Assembly: GCA_033762915.1 (NCBI GenBank)
Contig: JANRLD010000006.1
Span: 1 to 64,000 of the forward strand
DNA length: 64,000 nt
Reading direction: 5' to 3'
Source: Meiothermus sp.
GTDB taxonomy: Bacteria; Deinococcota; Deinococci; Deinococcales; Thermaceae
Shown: piece after piece, positions 31,862 through 40,629 of the stretch
Numbering within the stretch: the stretch's first letter is position 1
Layout: the number at the start of each line of letters is the position of its first letter
Translations under genes and position numbers: made by a program
Notes under the pieces: model-generated
Database searches by the model: none
What the model was told of the DNA's origin: nothing
What the model saw: the letters and a program-made list of their open reading frames with translations, nothing else

Positions 31862-33957
31862 AGCTACCGCCAGACTACGCAAAACGCGCCTACGCCGGCG
31901 TCCTCGGCAAGATGATTGGGGTCTTTCTGGGACGCCCCATTGAGGGCTGGAGCTACGATCAGATCAGCGCCAGGTTCGGCGAGGTGCGGGCTTACCTGCA
32001 CGAAGCCGTGGGCCGCCCGTTGATCCTCCCCGACGACGACCTGAGCGGCACCTTCGCTTTCTTGCGGGCCCTGGAGGACAACGGGTATCCCCGCGACCTA
32101 AGCTCCAGGCAGATCGGCGAGGCCTGGCTCAACTACATCGTCGAGGGCCGCAGCATCTTGTGGTGGGGCGGCATGGGCAACTCTACCGAGCAGACCGCCT
32201 ACTTCCGCCTCAGACAGGGCGTCCCGGCGCCCCAGAGTGGCAGCATGGAGCTTAACACCCGGCTGATCGCCGAGCAGATCGGGGCTCAGATCTTCATAGA
32301 CGGCTGGGCCATGGTGGCCCCCGGCGACCCCGACCTGGCCTTCCACCTGGCCACCGAGGCCGCCCGGGTCAGCCACGACGGCGAGGCAGTGTATGCCGCC
32401 CAGGTCTTGGCCGTGATGGAGTCACTGGCCTTCGTCGAGCCGGACCTGGGGAAGTTGTTGGACGCGGGGCTGAGCTACATCCCTCGAGACAGCGTCATCC
32501 ACAAGCTCATCACCGACCTGCGGGAAGTCCGGCAGCGCGTGGAGGACTGGCGCGAGGCCAGGGTCTGGCTCGAGCACCACTACGGCTACGACAAATTCCG
32601 CGGCAACGTCCACGTGGTGCCCAACCACGGGGTCATCGTGCTGAGCCTGCTGTACGGGCAAGACGACTTCCTCCAGACCCTGATGATCGCCAACACCTGC
32701 GGCTGGGACACCGACTGCAACTCCGGGAACGTGGGCTGTCTGATGGGGATCAAGCTCGGGCTGGAAGGAATCGACGCGGCCCCCCACCTGCGCGAGCCGC
32801 TGGCGGACCGACTCTTCGTCTCCAGCGCCGAGGGCTCGCGCAGCGTGACGGACGCGGTTACCTTGACCGACGAGATTGTCCGGGCCGGGCACCGGCTGGC
32901 GGGCCTCGAGCACGCCCCCCACAAAGGCGGCGCGCAGTACCACTTCGAGCAGCCCGGCGCAGTGCAGGGGTTCGTGCTGGAGGGCGCCGGTCGGTTGTCG
33001 AATGTCGAGGGCGGCAGCCGCAAAGGGGCGCGAAGCCTGGAGGTTCGCTTTGAGGCGGAACACCCCGAGCCCGTCCGTGTCTTCGCCCGTAGCTTCCTCC
33101 CACCCGAGGTTCCCGAGCCGCCCGACGCGCCGTACGCCCGCAATCTGGGCAGTGGTTGGAACTACATGCTGCTGGCCTCGCCGCGTTACTACCCAGGCCA
33201 GACGGTTACGGTAGCACTCTCGAGCACGGCCAGCAAAGCCACACGGGTCAGCCTCTTCTGCCGCCACTACGACGCAAACGACCAGCTGGTGGTGGCTCGA
33301 GGCCCCCAGGCCGAGCTCACCGGGGGATATCAGGAGCTGTCCTGGCAACTCCCCGACCTCGGCGGGCCGGTTGCCGACCTGGGGCTCGAGGTCGAAGGCG
33401 GCAGCGGGAGGCTGTGGCTGGACTGGCTCGGGGTCTCCGGCGAGCCCTCGGCGCGCTTCACCAAACTGGCGGGTTCCGGCTCGATGTGGCGGCGGGCCTG
33501 GGTCAACGCAGCGGACCGGCTGGACAAGCGCTTCCCCGAGGCCTTTCGAGTGCTGCACATGCGCGGCCTGGGTCAGGTCAGCATCGGCAGTCGGGATTGG
33601 CGGGACTACACCGTGAGGGCGGCCCTCACCCCTTACCTCGCCAAGCAATCCGGCGTGGCCATACGGCACCAAGGGCTCAACCGCTGCTACGCTGTTCTAT
33701 TGGTGAAGCCCGGGAAACTGCAGATCGTGAAGCTTCAGGGCGAGGCCACGGTGTTGGCCGAGACCGCGATGGACTGGGCCGAAGGTCAGGAGTATGCGTT
33801 CACGGTCTCGGCTCGAGGCTCGAGGATCACCGCCGAGGTGGGCGGGGTTTGGCTCGAGGCACAAGACCCCGAACGCCCCCTGACCTCCGGCGGAATCGCG
33901 CTGATGATCGAGGAGGGCTGGCTGAGCTGCCGGGAGGTGGGGGTCGGCTCGAGCTGA
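31858..33957 (+). CDS. ADP-ribosylglycohydrolase-family protein 3 with C-terminal beta-sandwich domains
   Basis: GKMIGVFLGRPIEGW, PDDDLSGT, EQIGAQIFID, GWDTDCNSGN; ~350 aa extra C-terminus. Confidence 0.85.
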   Translation: MKLPPDYAKRAYAGVLGKMIGVFLGRPIEGWSYDQISARFGEVRAYLHEAVGRPLILPDDDLSGTFAFLRALEDNGYPRDLSSRQIGEAWLNYIVEGRSILWWGGMGNSTEQTAYFRLRQGVPAPQSGSMELNTRLIAEQIGAQIFIDGWAMVAPGDPDLAFHLATEAARVSHDGEAVYAAQVLAVMESLAFVEPDLGKLLDAGLSYIPRDSVIHKLITDLREVRQRVEDWREARVWLEHHYGYDKFRGNVHVVPNHGVIVLSLLYGQDDFLQTLMIANTCGWDTDCNSGNVGCLMGIKLGLEGIDAAPHLREPLADRLFVSSAEGSRSVTDAVTLTDEIVRAGHRLAGLEHAPHKGGAQYHFEQPGAVQGFVLEGAGRLSNVEGGSRKGARSLEVRFEAEHPEPVRVFARSFLPPEVPEPPDAPYARNLGSGWNYMLLASPRYYPGQTVTVALSSTASKATRVSLFCRHYDANDQLVVARGPQAELTGGYQELSWQLPDLGGPVADLGLEVEGGSGRLWLDWLGVSGEPSARFTKLAGSGSMWRRAWVNAADRLDKRFPEAFRVLHMRGLGQVSIGSRDWRDYTVRAALTPYLAKQSGVAIRHQGLNRCYAVLLVKPGKLQIVKLQGEATVLAETAMDWAEGQEYAFTVSARGSRITAEVGGVWLEAQDPERPLTSGGIALMIEEGWLSCREVGVGSS

Positions 33958-33967
33958 GCTGCCGCGA

Positions 33968-34687
33968 CTAATTCGACGGCGTGGGCACCGTCACGGTGCG
34001 GCCCAGCAGGTTGGTGGCAACCACGAACAGCCCCGACCCCACCGCGTTGACCCGGCAGCTGGCCAGCAGGCTGGCGTGGGTGGTGACCAGATAGTTCCCG
34101 GCCACATAGCCCCTGGTACAGTCGGCGGTGGCAAGGACGGAGGGGGTTAGGGCGGAGTTGTCGCGCAGGGCGTCCTGGGCGGCCTTGTGGATGGCCCTGG
34201 CGTAGTTCTGGGTCAGGGTTCGGATGTGGTCTTGCACCTCGAGCGGAATCCGCACGAAGCTCACGTACCAGCGCCCCTGGCTGAGGGTCAGGTTGAGGCT
34301 GCCCCGCAGCGGCAGGCAACTGCCGGACCTGAGCACGTAGTCCACGCGGGCGCTGGTGGAACTGACCACGCTGCCCTCGATCACGATGTCGCTGAGCGAG
34401 CAGCCCTGGGTGTACTCCCGCGTCACCTTGGGCCAGTAGAGATCCTCTTCGAGGGCGGTGATGCGGGTCAGCCTGGCGATGGACTCGAGCTCGGAGGGGG
34501 CCACATAGGTCTTGGCCTGGGCGAACTGGGCGCTGTACAAGGACCACAGGAAGCCGCGGGCGAGGTTGCCGGGCTGCTGGGGGTCGGCGTCCAGGTTGAA
34601 CGCCCCCACCCCGCCCCCCGCCCCCGAGGAGCAGGCCGCCAGCGGGACGAGCAGCACAAGCACGACGATCTTCATGAAGTTAGGCAT
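33968..34687 (-). CDS. Lipoprotein, NTF2/DUF4878-like domain fused to a pilin-like C-terminal domain
   Basis: LAAC lipobox; LTLSQGRWYV; TQNYARAIHKAAQ...DCTRGYVAGNY...SC. Confidence 0.6.
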   Translation of the reverse strand: MPNFMKIVVLVLLVPLAACSSGAGGGVGAFNLDADPQQPGNLARGFLWSLYSAQFAQAKTYVAPSELESIARLTRITALEEDLYWPKVTREYTQGCSLSDIVIEGSVVSSTSARVDYVLRSGSCLPLRGSLNLTLSQGRWYVSFVRIPLEVQDHIRTLTQNYARAIHKAAQDALRDNSALTPSVLATADCTRGYVAGNYLVTTHASLLASCRVNAVGSGLFVVATNLLGRTVTVPTPSN

Positions 34688-34829
34688 AGTGACCCCTCAA
34701 CCGCCCAGCGCTTCGGGCCGGGCGGAGGGCACGCTTACACGCACCGCTAAGGCGAATTTAGCAACGCCGAGGGCTTTTGTGCGCAATGCTTTTGGGTTAC
34801 AGGGCGTGATGCCGCATTACGCTTGGGGA

Positions 34830-35441
34830 TCAACGCAACCGCAGGCGGAGTTGAAAAATGTTCCACCAAGATCTGCCCGACCGTCTGGAGCTTTCTTTGG
34901 GGCGGGCCGTCTGGATGACCTGGAAGGCGTGAAGGTCGGTCAGGTGTTGCAACACCCGTTGCTCGGGCTGCCGGGTCAGTTTGGCCAGTTCGCGGGCCGA
35001 CCAGCCGTCCTGGTGATCAAACAGCCGATAAACCTCCTCCCAGAAGACTCGAGACTCCCCGGCAGGGAGGTGCTGAGGGCGTCTTTTCGGCCTAGCGAAC
35101 AGGGTATCGGGCGAAAACTGGGGGGGGAGTTCCTGGGTGACGGCGCTGGGAACCATGGTTTTGGCCTCCAGCCTCCGCGTCAGGAGGTCTTCGTCGTAGA
35201 GGATGTGGTCGCCGTAAAAGGTGAAACTGCCCAACTTGAGGCGCAACAAACCCTGAAGCAATTGCCCCATCTCGGCCTCGCTGACCCGTCCGCTGGCCCC
35301 GAAGGCCTTGACGATGCTTCCGTCTTGGATCTCGAGGTCGGCCTCAAGCGGCCCCCTGACCCTCAGCACCCCGCTGCGTCGGTGCAGGCGAGCGATCAGG
35401 TGGGCAAAACTTATCTGGTCAAAGCGGCTGGAAAAAGCCAT
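34830..35441 (-). CDS. DUF4388 + winged-HTH protein
   Basis: MAFSSRFDQISFAHLI-RSGVLRV; WSARELAKL HTH; same architecture as 3518 and 4200 genes. Confidence 0.65.
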   Translation of the reverse strand: MAFSSRFDQISFAHLIARLHRRSGVLRVRGPLEADLEIQDGSIVKAFGASGRVSEAEMGQLLQGLLRLKLGSFTFYGDHILYDEDLLTRRLEAKTMVPSAVTQELPPQFSPDTLFARPKRRPQHLPAGESRVFWEEVYRLFDHQDGWSARELAKLTRQPEQRVLQHLTDLHAFQVIQTARPKESSRRSGRSWWNIFQLRLRLR

Positions 35442-35552
35442 AACACGTAGCGCTAATGAGGTGGCGGAGGGTTGGAGTACAGTCTTGCACGGTTTTGTAA
35501 CCGTGCTACTATTTATTCTAGCATAAAAGTGTCTTTCCATCACAGGAGAACT

Positions 35553-37580
35553 ATGGTTTTTTTTGATTCGTCGGGAGTTCGTAGGTGGGTGGTTTTTCTA
35601 TTGCTGGCGGCCGTTGTCGGCTGGCTGGCGGGCTCAGTCCTGTATATGCTATCCGCGCTCAACACCATCGCGCCGCCAGCGCTACAGGAGGCTGACCCCT
35701 CGAGGACCCTCGGCTACCCGGGCCTGCGGGCCGTCGCGCTCACCTTCGACGACGGCCCCGATCCGGTTCATACCCCCGAAATCGCCCAGGTTTTGCGGGA
35801 GGAAGGGGCTACGGCGACCTTCTTCCTGCGCGGCGAGGACGCCCTGCGTCACCCCGGCCTGGTGCGCGACCTCAGCGCCCAGGACCTCGAGATCGCTAGC
35901 CGCGCCTTCTCGCGCCGCACTCCGGCGGACGCGCCAGTCTGGCGGGAGCGCCTCGAGCTGAATGCCACCGCCCTAGTGCTTGCCAGCGCTACCGGGGAGT
36001 TGCCCAGGCTATATCGCCCCGACTCGGGGGGCGCTGCCCGCCCAGCCCCATCGGGGTACCTGCCGGCCGTGGACGGCTGGGACGCCCAGGACGGGGGGTT
36101 CGGGGACACCAGGGCCGCCCAGGGCCGTTTCGACCAGCAGCTCGATGCGGGTGCCGTACCGCAGGTCTTGGTGCTGCACCACCGCGAGAACACCCCCCTG
36201 CTGGTGCGCCACATAGTGCGCAGACTCAGGGCCGAAGGCTACCAACTGCTCACCCTATCACAGCTCATGGGCTTGGAGCGGGCGGCAGTCGCCGCCCCGG
36301 TTCACCTCTCAAGCTACGCCTATTTCTGGGTCGGAGTGGCAGGCGCGGTGCTGCGCTTTACCGACACTGCATGGGGTCGCCTGATGATTTTGACCATTCT
36401 GGTGATGACCGGTCGCTTCGTGACCCTGTGCCTGCTGTGCTGGCTCTTCGCCCGCCGCCGTAACCGCAAGTTGCTGGAAAACCGCCCGCCCTGGCAGGGC
36501 ACGGTGAGCGTGTTGATTCCCGCCTATAACGAGAAGGAGAACATCGAGGGCACCATCCGCAGCCTGATGGCCGGAACCCGCAAGCCCGAAGAGATCATTG
36601 TCATCAACGACGGCTCCAAGGACGGCACCGCCGCCGTCGCCAACCGGCTGAGCCTGTTCTGCGAGGGGCGTCTGCGGCTCTTGAGCGTGCCCAACGGCGG
36701 CAAGGCCAAGGCCCTCAATCACGGCATCGTGGAGTCCTCGGGCGATGTGATCATCTGCATAGATGGCGACACCGTGCTAGACACCAGGGCCGTCGAGAAG
36801 CTGATCCCCTATTTCGCCAACGAGCAGGTCGGGGGAGTGGCGGGTAGGGTGTTGCCTGCTAATAACCACAGCTGGCTCGAGCGATTCCAGACCATCGAGT
36901 ACCTCTGCGGCCAAGACTTCGAGAAGCGCGGCATGTCGGTCTTCAACGCAGTCACGGTGATACCCGGGGCCATCGGGGCCTGGAGCCGCAAGGCCCTGAT
37001 CAAGGCGGGCCTCTACTCCCACGACACCCTGGTGGAGGACATGGACCTCACCCTGGCGGTCATCAGAAACCGCCACAAGATCGTCTACGAGCCGGAGGCG
37101 ATGGCCTTCAGCGAGGCCCCCCAGCTCCACAGCCAGCTCCTGATGCAGCGCTTCCGTTGGAACTACGGCATCCTGCAGTGCCTGTGGAAGTACCGCCGCG
37201 ACTTCTTCAACCCCTTTGTCGGAGTGCTGGGCTGGCTGGTCTTGCCCTATCAAGTCTTCTGCCTCTTCATCGCGTTAGTAGCGGCGCTGGTCTACGCCTT
37301 CAGCCTCGCGGCCACCCTGATTAACCCCACCGCCATCGGGCACCTCTGGTACTGGGCGGTCTTTCTGCTGGTCAACGTTATCTATGCCGCACTGGCCCTT
37401 TGGCCGCACCGCAAGCTGCGCCCCCTGATCTGGCTGACCCCTGTCCAGCAGATCTACACCAGCTTACTGACGGCCTACATCCTGCTGAAGGCCGGCTACA
37501 CCGCCCTCAGCGGCGTCCCCACCCGTTGGCAAAAGCTGATCCGCACCGGTTCGGCCCAGAAGATGTTCCAGCAGTCATAA
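35553..37580 (+). CDS. Polysaccharide deacetylase (NodB)-GT2 fusion, PgaC/IcaA-like synthase
   Basis: ALTFDDGP; SVLIPAYNE, NDGSKD, GGKAKALN, IDGD, VEDMDL, QRFRW; AGGAG RBS. Confidence 0.88.
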   Translation: MVFFDSSGVRRWVVFLLLAAVVGWLAGSVLYMLSALNTIAPPALQEADPSRTLGYPGLRAVALTFDDGPDPVHTPEIAQVLREEGATATFFLRGEDALRHPGLVRDLSAQDLEIASRAFSRRTPADAPVWRERLELNATALVLASATGELPRLYRPDSGGAARPAPSGYLPAVDGWDAQDGGFGDTRAAQGRFDQQLDAGAVPQVLVLHHRENTPLLVRHIVRRLRAEGYQLLTLSQLMGLERAAVAAPVHLSSYAYFWVGVAGAVLRFTDTAWGRLMILTILVMTGRFVTLCLLCWLFARRRNRKLLENRPPWQGTVSVLIPAYNEKENIEGTIRSLMAGTRKPEEIIVINDGSKDGTAAVANRLSLFCEGRLRLLSVPNGGKAKALNHGIVESSGDVIICIDGDTVLDTRAVEKLIPYFANEQVGGVAGRVLPANNHSWLERFQTIEYLCGQDFEKRGMSVFNAVTVIPGAIGAWSRKALIKAGLYSHDTLVEDMDLTLAVIRNRHKIVYEPEAMAFSEAPQLHSQLLMQRFRWNYGILQCLWKYRRDFFNPFVGVLGWLVLPYQVFCLFIALVAALVYAFSLAATLINPTAIGHLWYWAVFLLVNVIYAALALWPHRKLRPLIWLTPVQQIYTSLLTAYILLKAGYTALSGVPTRWQKLIRTGSAQKMFQQS

Positions 37581-37657
37581 GTGTCTTCATGACTGACGGC
37601 GGTTCCCACCATTGCGGCGAAGAGCGGAGCACCGAACATTCGCAGGAAACACTCTGA
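37578..37657 (+). mobile_element. Short MITE-like element with A-like left end and B-like right end
   Basis: TA|AGTGTCTTCATG...CAGGAAACACTC|TGA; starts on GT2 stop codon. Confidence 0.4.
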
Positions 37658-37761
37658 GGGCTGTGAACCCCCAAGGATGTACAATCCTCGCTCCTCCGCA
37701 ACACCTTCAAAGCTGCACCGCCGAACAGTTGCAATTGAACCCTCGAGCCACAATCACAGCT

Positions 37762-38517
37762 GTGGAGTACTTCGAGCACGGGGGAGCCAGGATGTACTAC
37801 TCCCGGCAGGGCCAGGGGCCGCCGGTGGTGCTGGTCCACGGGCTGTCGGGCTCGAGCCTGTGGTGGCGGCGCAACGTGCCGGTGTTGGCCAGGGAGTTCA
37901 CCGTCTACACGGTGGATCTGGTGGGCTTCGGGCAGAGCGGCCGTCAGCCGGTACTGCCGCTCAAGGGAAGCGCGGCCCTGCTGGCGAACTGGCTCGAGAC
38001 GCTGGGCTTGAGCAAGGCGCGGCTGATCGGGCACTCGCTGGGCGGGCAAACCGCGCTGCACCTGGCCGCGCGGGGGGCGGAACGGCTGGAGGGGCTGGTG
38101 CTGGTGGCGGCGAGTGCGCTGGCCTCGGGGCGCTGGTGGCGGATGGCGGCGCTGCTGCCGCAGGCCGGACTGGCGGGGGCGGCGGATTTCCTCCCCACGC
38201 TGGCCTTCGACGCGGCGCGGGCCGGGCCGCTCAACCTCTACCGCGCCACCCGCGAAATCCTGCGGGACGACCCCAAAGAACTGCTGACCGCCCTCCGGCT
38301 GCCCACCCTGCTGATCTGGGGCGAGCGCGACGTGCTGATTCCCGGCGCGATGGGGCGGCAGATGCAGCAGGCCATTGCGGGCTCGAGGCTCGTCGTCATC
38401 CCGGGCGCAGGCCACAACGTGATGTACGACCGGGCCGCCGCCTTCAACGCGGCAGTGCTGCCCTTCCTGCGCCACCCCCAGGCGCCCGGCCCCGGCCCGG
38501 CCCCGGAGGCCCCGTGA
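37762..38517 (+). CDS. Alpha/beta-fold hydrolase
   Basis: VLVHGL, VDLVGFG, GHSLGG nucleophile, WGERD, GAGH. Confidence 0.88.
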   Translation: MEYFEHGGARMYYSRQGQGPPVVLVHGLSGSSLWWRRNVPVLAREFTVYTVDLVGFGQSGRQPVLPLKGSAALLANWLETLGLSKARLIGHSLGGQTALHLAARGAERLEGLVLVAASALASGRWWRMAALLPQAGLAGAADFLPTLAFDAARAGPLNLYRATREILRDDPKELLTALRLPTLLIWGERDVLIPGAMGRQMQQAIAGSRLVVIPGAGHNVMYDRAAAFNAAVLPFLRHPQAPGPGPAPEAP

Positions 38518-39293
38518 CCGCCGCCCGCACAGAGGGCCGGGCCCGCGACGACTGGCGCGAGGTGCAGGGCGTCCGGGTCTACGCCCGCGTGGAGGGCGCC
38601 GGCCAGGGAGGCCCGCCGGTGGTGCTGGTGGGCGGGATGGGCTGTTCCCACCTCTACTTCCAGACCTTCCAGGCGGTGCTGGCGCGCCGCCTCGAGGTCT
38701 GGGCGGTAGACCTGCCCGGGCAGGGCAAGAGCCGCGCCCCCGCCGGACGCTATGTCACCCTGCGCGAGCAGTCCGACTTCCTGGCGGCGTGGCTCGAGGC
38801 CAGCGGCCTGGTCCCGGCGGTGCTGTTGGGCCACTCGCTGGGCGGCGAGATCGGCATAGACCTGGCCGCACGGCACCCCCACGCCCTCTCGCACCTCGTC
38901 CTCTGTGCCCCCACCGGCATCCCCGAGTACCCAAACCTGGCCGAGCAGATCTACAATCTAGCCCGCGACGCCCTGCGCGAGCGGCCCGCGCTGGTCTGGC
39001 GGGCCGTGCGCTCGTATTTCATGTGCGGCTTCTCGAGGGTGATGGCCCTGCTGGGCGACCAGCTCTTCCACGACACCCTGCCGCTGCTGGGGCAGGTCCG
39101 TGCCCCGGTGCTGCTGCTGGCCGGGAGCCGCGACCCGGTAGTGCGGCCCGGCATGGTGCGGGCCATCCAACTGCGCTTGCCCAGGGCGGTGTTTGTGAAC
39201 GTTAAAGGCGCGCCGCACGCCCTGCACGACTCCCACCCCGAGGTTGTGGCGCGGGCGTTAATGGTCTTCGTGGGGGGCGAACAAGAAGTCTGA
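38514..39293 (+). CDS. Alpha/beta-fold hydrolase
   Basis: DLPGQG, GHSLGG, GSRDPVV, APH; GTGA overlap. Confidence 0.88.
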   Translation: MTAARTEGRARDDWREVQGVRVYARVEGAGQGGPPVVLVGGMGCSHLYFQTFQAVLARRLEVWAVDLPGQGKSRAPAGRYVTLREQSDFLAAWLEASGLVPAVLLGHSLGGEIGIDLAARHPHALSHLVLCAPTGIPEYPNLAEQIYNLARDALRERPALVWRAVRSYFMCGFSRVMALLGDQLFHDTLPLLGQVRAPVLLLAGSRDPVVRPGMVRAIQLRLPRAVFVNVKGAPHALHDSHPEVVARALMVFVGGEQEV

Positions 39294-39397
39294 TTGCGTT
39301 TCCCATCATTACCTCCCTCGCGGCAGCAGGTAATGTACTCCTCAAAAGCAAAAACCGCCCGCTTTAGCGCCGTAGGGAGTATACATGGGAACCGCTC
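39294..39397 (+). mobile_element. MITE family B copy B4 (TGA duplication on hydrolase stop codon)
   Basis: TGA|TTGCGTTTCCCA...TGGGAACCGCTC|TGA. Confidence 0.75.
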
Positions 39398-39398
39398 T

Positions 39399-39530
39399 GA
39401 GGCCGGGGTTCAACAGGCCATTGTATTGCGTCTGTTACACGCCGCTGGGTTGGACATTGGGAATCCCCAAGAGGTGACCCCAGAGGAGACCAACGCCGCA
39501 AAGAACCGTCCCGATTTAATCGTCAACAGG
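39399..39530 (+). pseudogene. Fragment of HsdR_N-like restriction nuclease domain
   Basis: EAGVQQAIVLRLLHAAGLDIGNPQEVTPEE...RPDLIV resembles EA.....I...L..LGW...NP.EV.PE...R.D; no start, degenerates downstream. Confidence 0.5.
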
Positions 39531-39687
39531 TACGCCGTTCGTCCTTTGGGGTATCGCGTCAGACCCGTCACCCTCGCCGATACCGAGAACGCAAAACTCC
39601 CAGAGTGGGCCTTTTCTCTACCTTCTATCGCTTCTCGCTGCTTTTCACTGCCCCATTTTGCCCCGTTCCCCTGCTATCCTTGTCTCT

Positions 39688-40563
39688 ATGCGTTTTCACC
39701 CCGAAGTCGCCCAGGCCCTGGCCGAGAACAAGCCGGTGGTGGCCCTCGAGTCCACCGTCATCACCCACGGGCTCCCGCGCCCGATGAACCTGCAGTTGGC
39801 CCAGACCCTCGAGCAGACCGTTAGGACCCAGAGGGCGGTACCCGCCACCATCGCGCTCCTGAAGGGCGAGGTGGTGGTCGGGCTGAGTGCCGAGGAGCTC
39901 GAGGCCGTCGCCGCCGACGCCAGCGCCGACAAGGCCAGCCTGTGGAACCTGGGGGCCATCGTGGCCCAGCGGCGCAGCGCGGGCACCACCGTGGCAGCCA
40001 CCAGCTTTCTGGCGGTTAAGGCGGGGATTCAGGTGTTCGCCACCGGGGGCATAGGAGGGGTTCACCCGCAGCCTTTTGACGAGTCGGCGGACCTGATCGA
40101 GCTGTCGCGCACCCCCATCCTGGTGGTCTCGGCGGGGCCGAAGAGCATCCTGGATTTGGCCGCCACGGTGGAGCGCCTCGAGTCGTTCGGGGTGGCGCTG
40201 CTGGGCTTTCGCACCGACCGGCTGCCGGCCTTTCACTCGCCCGGCAGCCCCTACGCGCTGCCCGCCCGGGTGGAATCGGCCCAGGAGGCCGCCGCAGCCT
40301 TCCAGGCGGCCCGGGAGCTGGGCCTGCCGGGGGCCACGCTGGTGCTCAATCCGGTCTCGCAGGGGCTGGACTTTAAGGTCGTCGGCCAGTGGGTCGAGCA
40401 GGCCACCCAGGAGGCGGCCCGGGCCGGGGTGCAGGGCAAGTCCCTGACGCCCTTCCTGCTGCGCCGCCTGTCGGAGCTCTCGGGGGGTCAGACCGACGCG
40501 GTGAACCTGCGGCTGCTCGAGGAAAACACCCGCCTCGCCGCGCAGATCGCCGCCGCGCTTTAG
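39688..40563 (+). CDS. psuG: Pseudouridine-5'-phosphate glycosidase
   Basis: VVALESTVITHGLP, GTTVAAT, FATGGIGGVH, DESADL, KSILD, LTPFLL. Confidence 0.93.
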   Translation: MRFHPEVAQALAENKPVVALESTVITHGLPRPMNLQLAQTLEQTVRTQRAVPATIALLKGEVVVGLSAEELEAVAADASADKASLWNLGAIVAQRRSAGTTVAATSFLAVKAGIQVFATGGIGGVHPQPFDESADLIELSRTPILVVSAGPKSILDLAATVERLESFGVALLGFRTDRLPAFHSPGSPYALPARVESAQEAAAAFQAARELGLPGATLVLNPVSQGLDFKVVGQWVEQATQEAARAGVQGKSLTPFLLRRLSELSGGQTDAVNLRLLEENTRLAAQIAAAL

Positions 40564-40629
40564 CCCCACAAATCATTCTCTTACCCTGTGCATTAGAATA
40601 AGGCCCGAGTTCGAGTTCGGGGCAGTGCT

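Noticed and set aside
24298..33957. ARH genes as toxin-immunity array or DraG nitrogenase regulators
   Set aside because: No ADP-ribosyltransferase, secretion or nif genes nearby; they are translationally coupled to catabolic genes.
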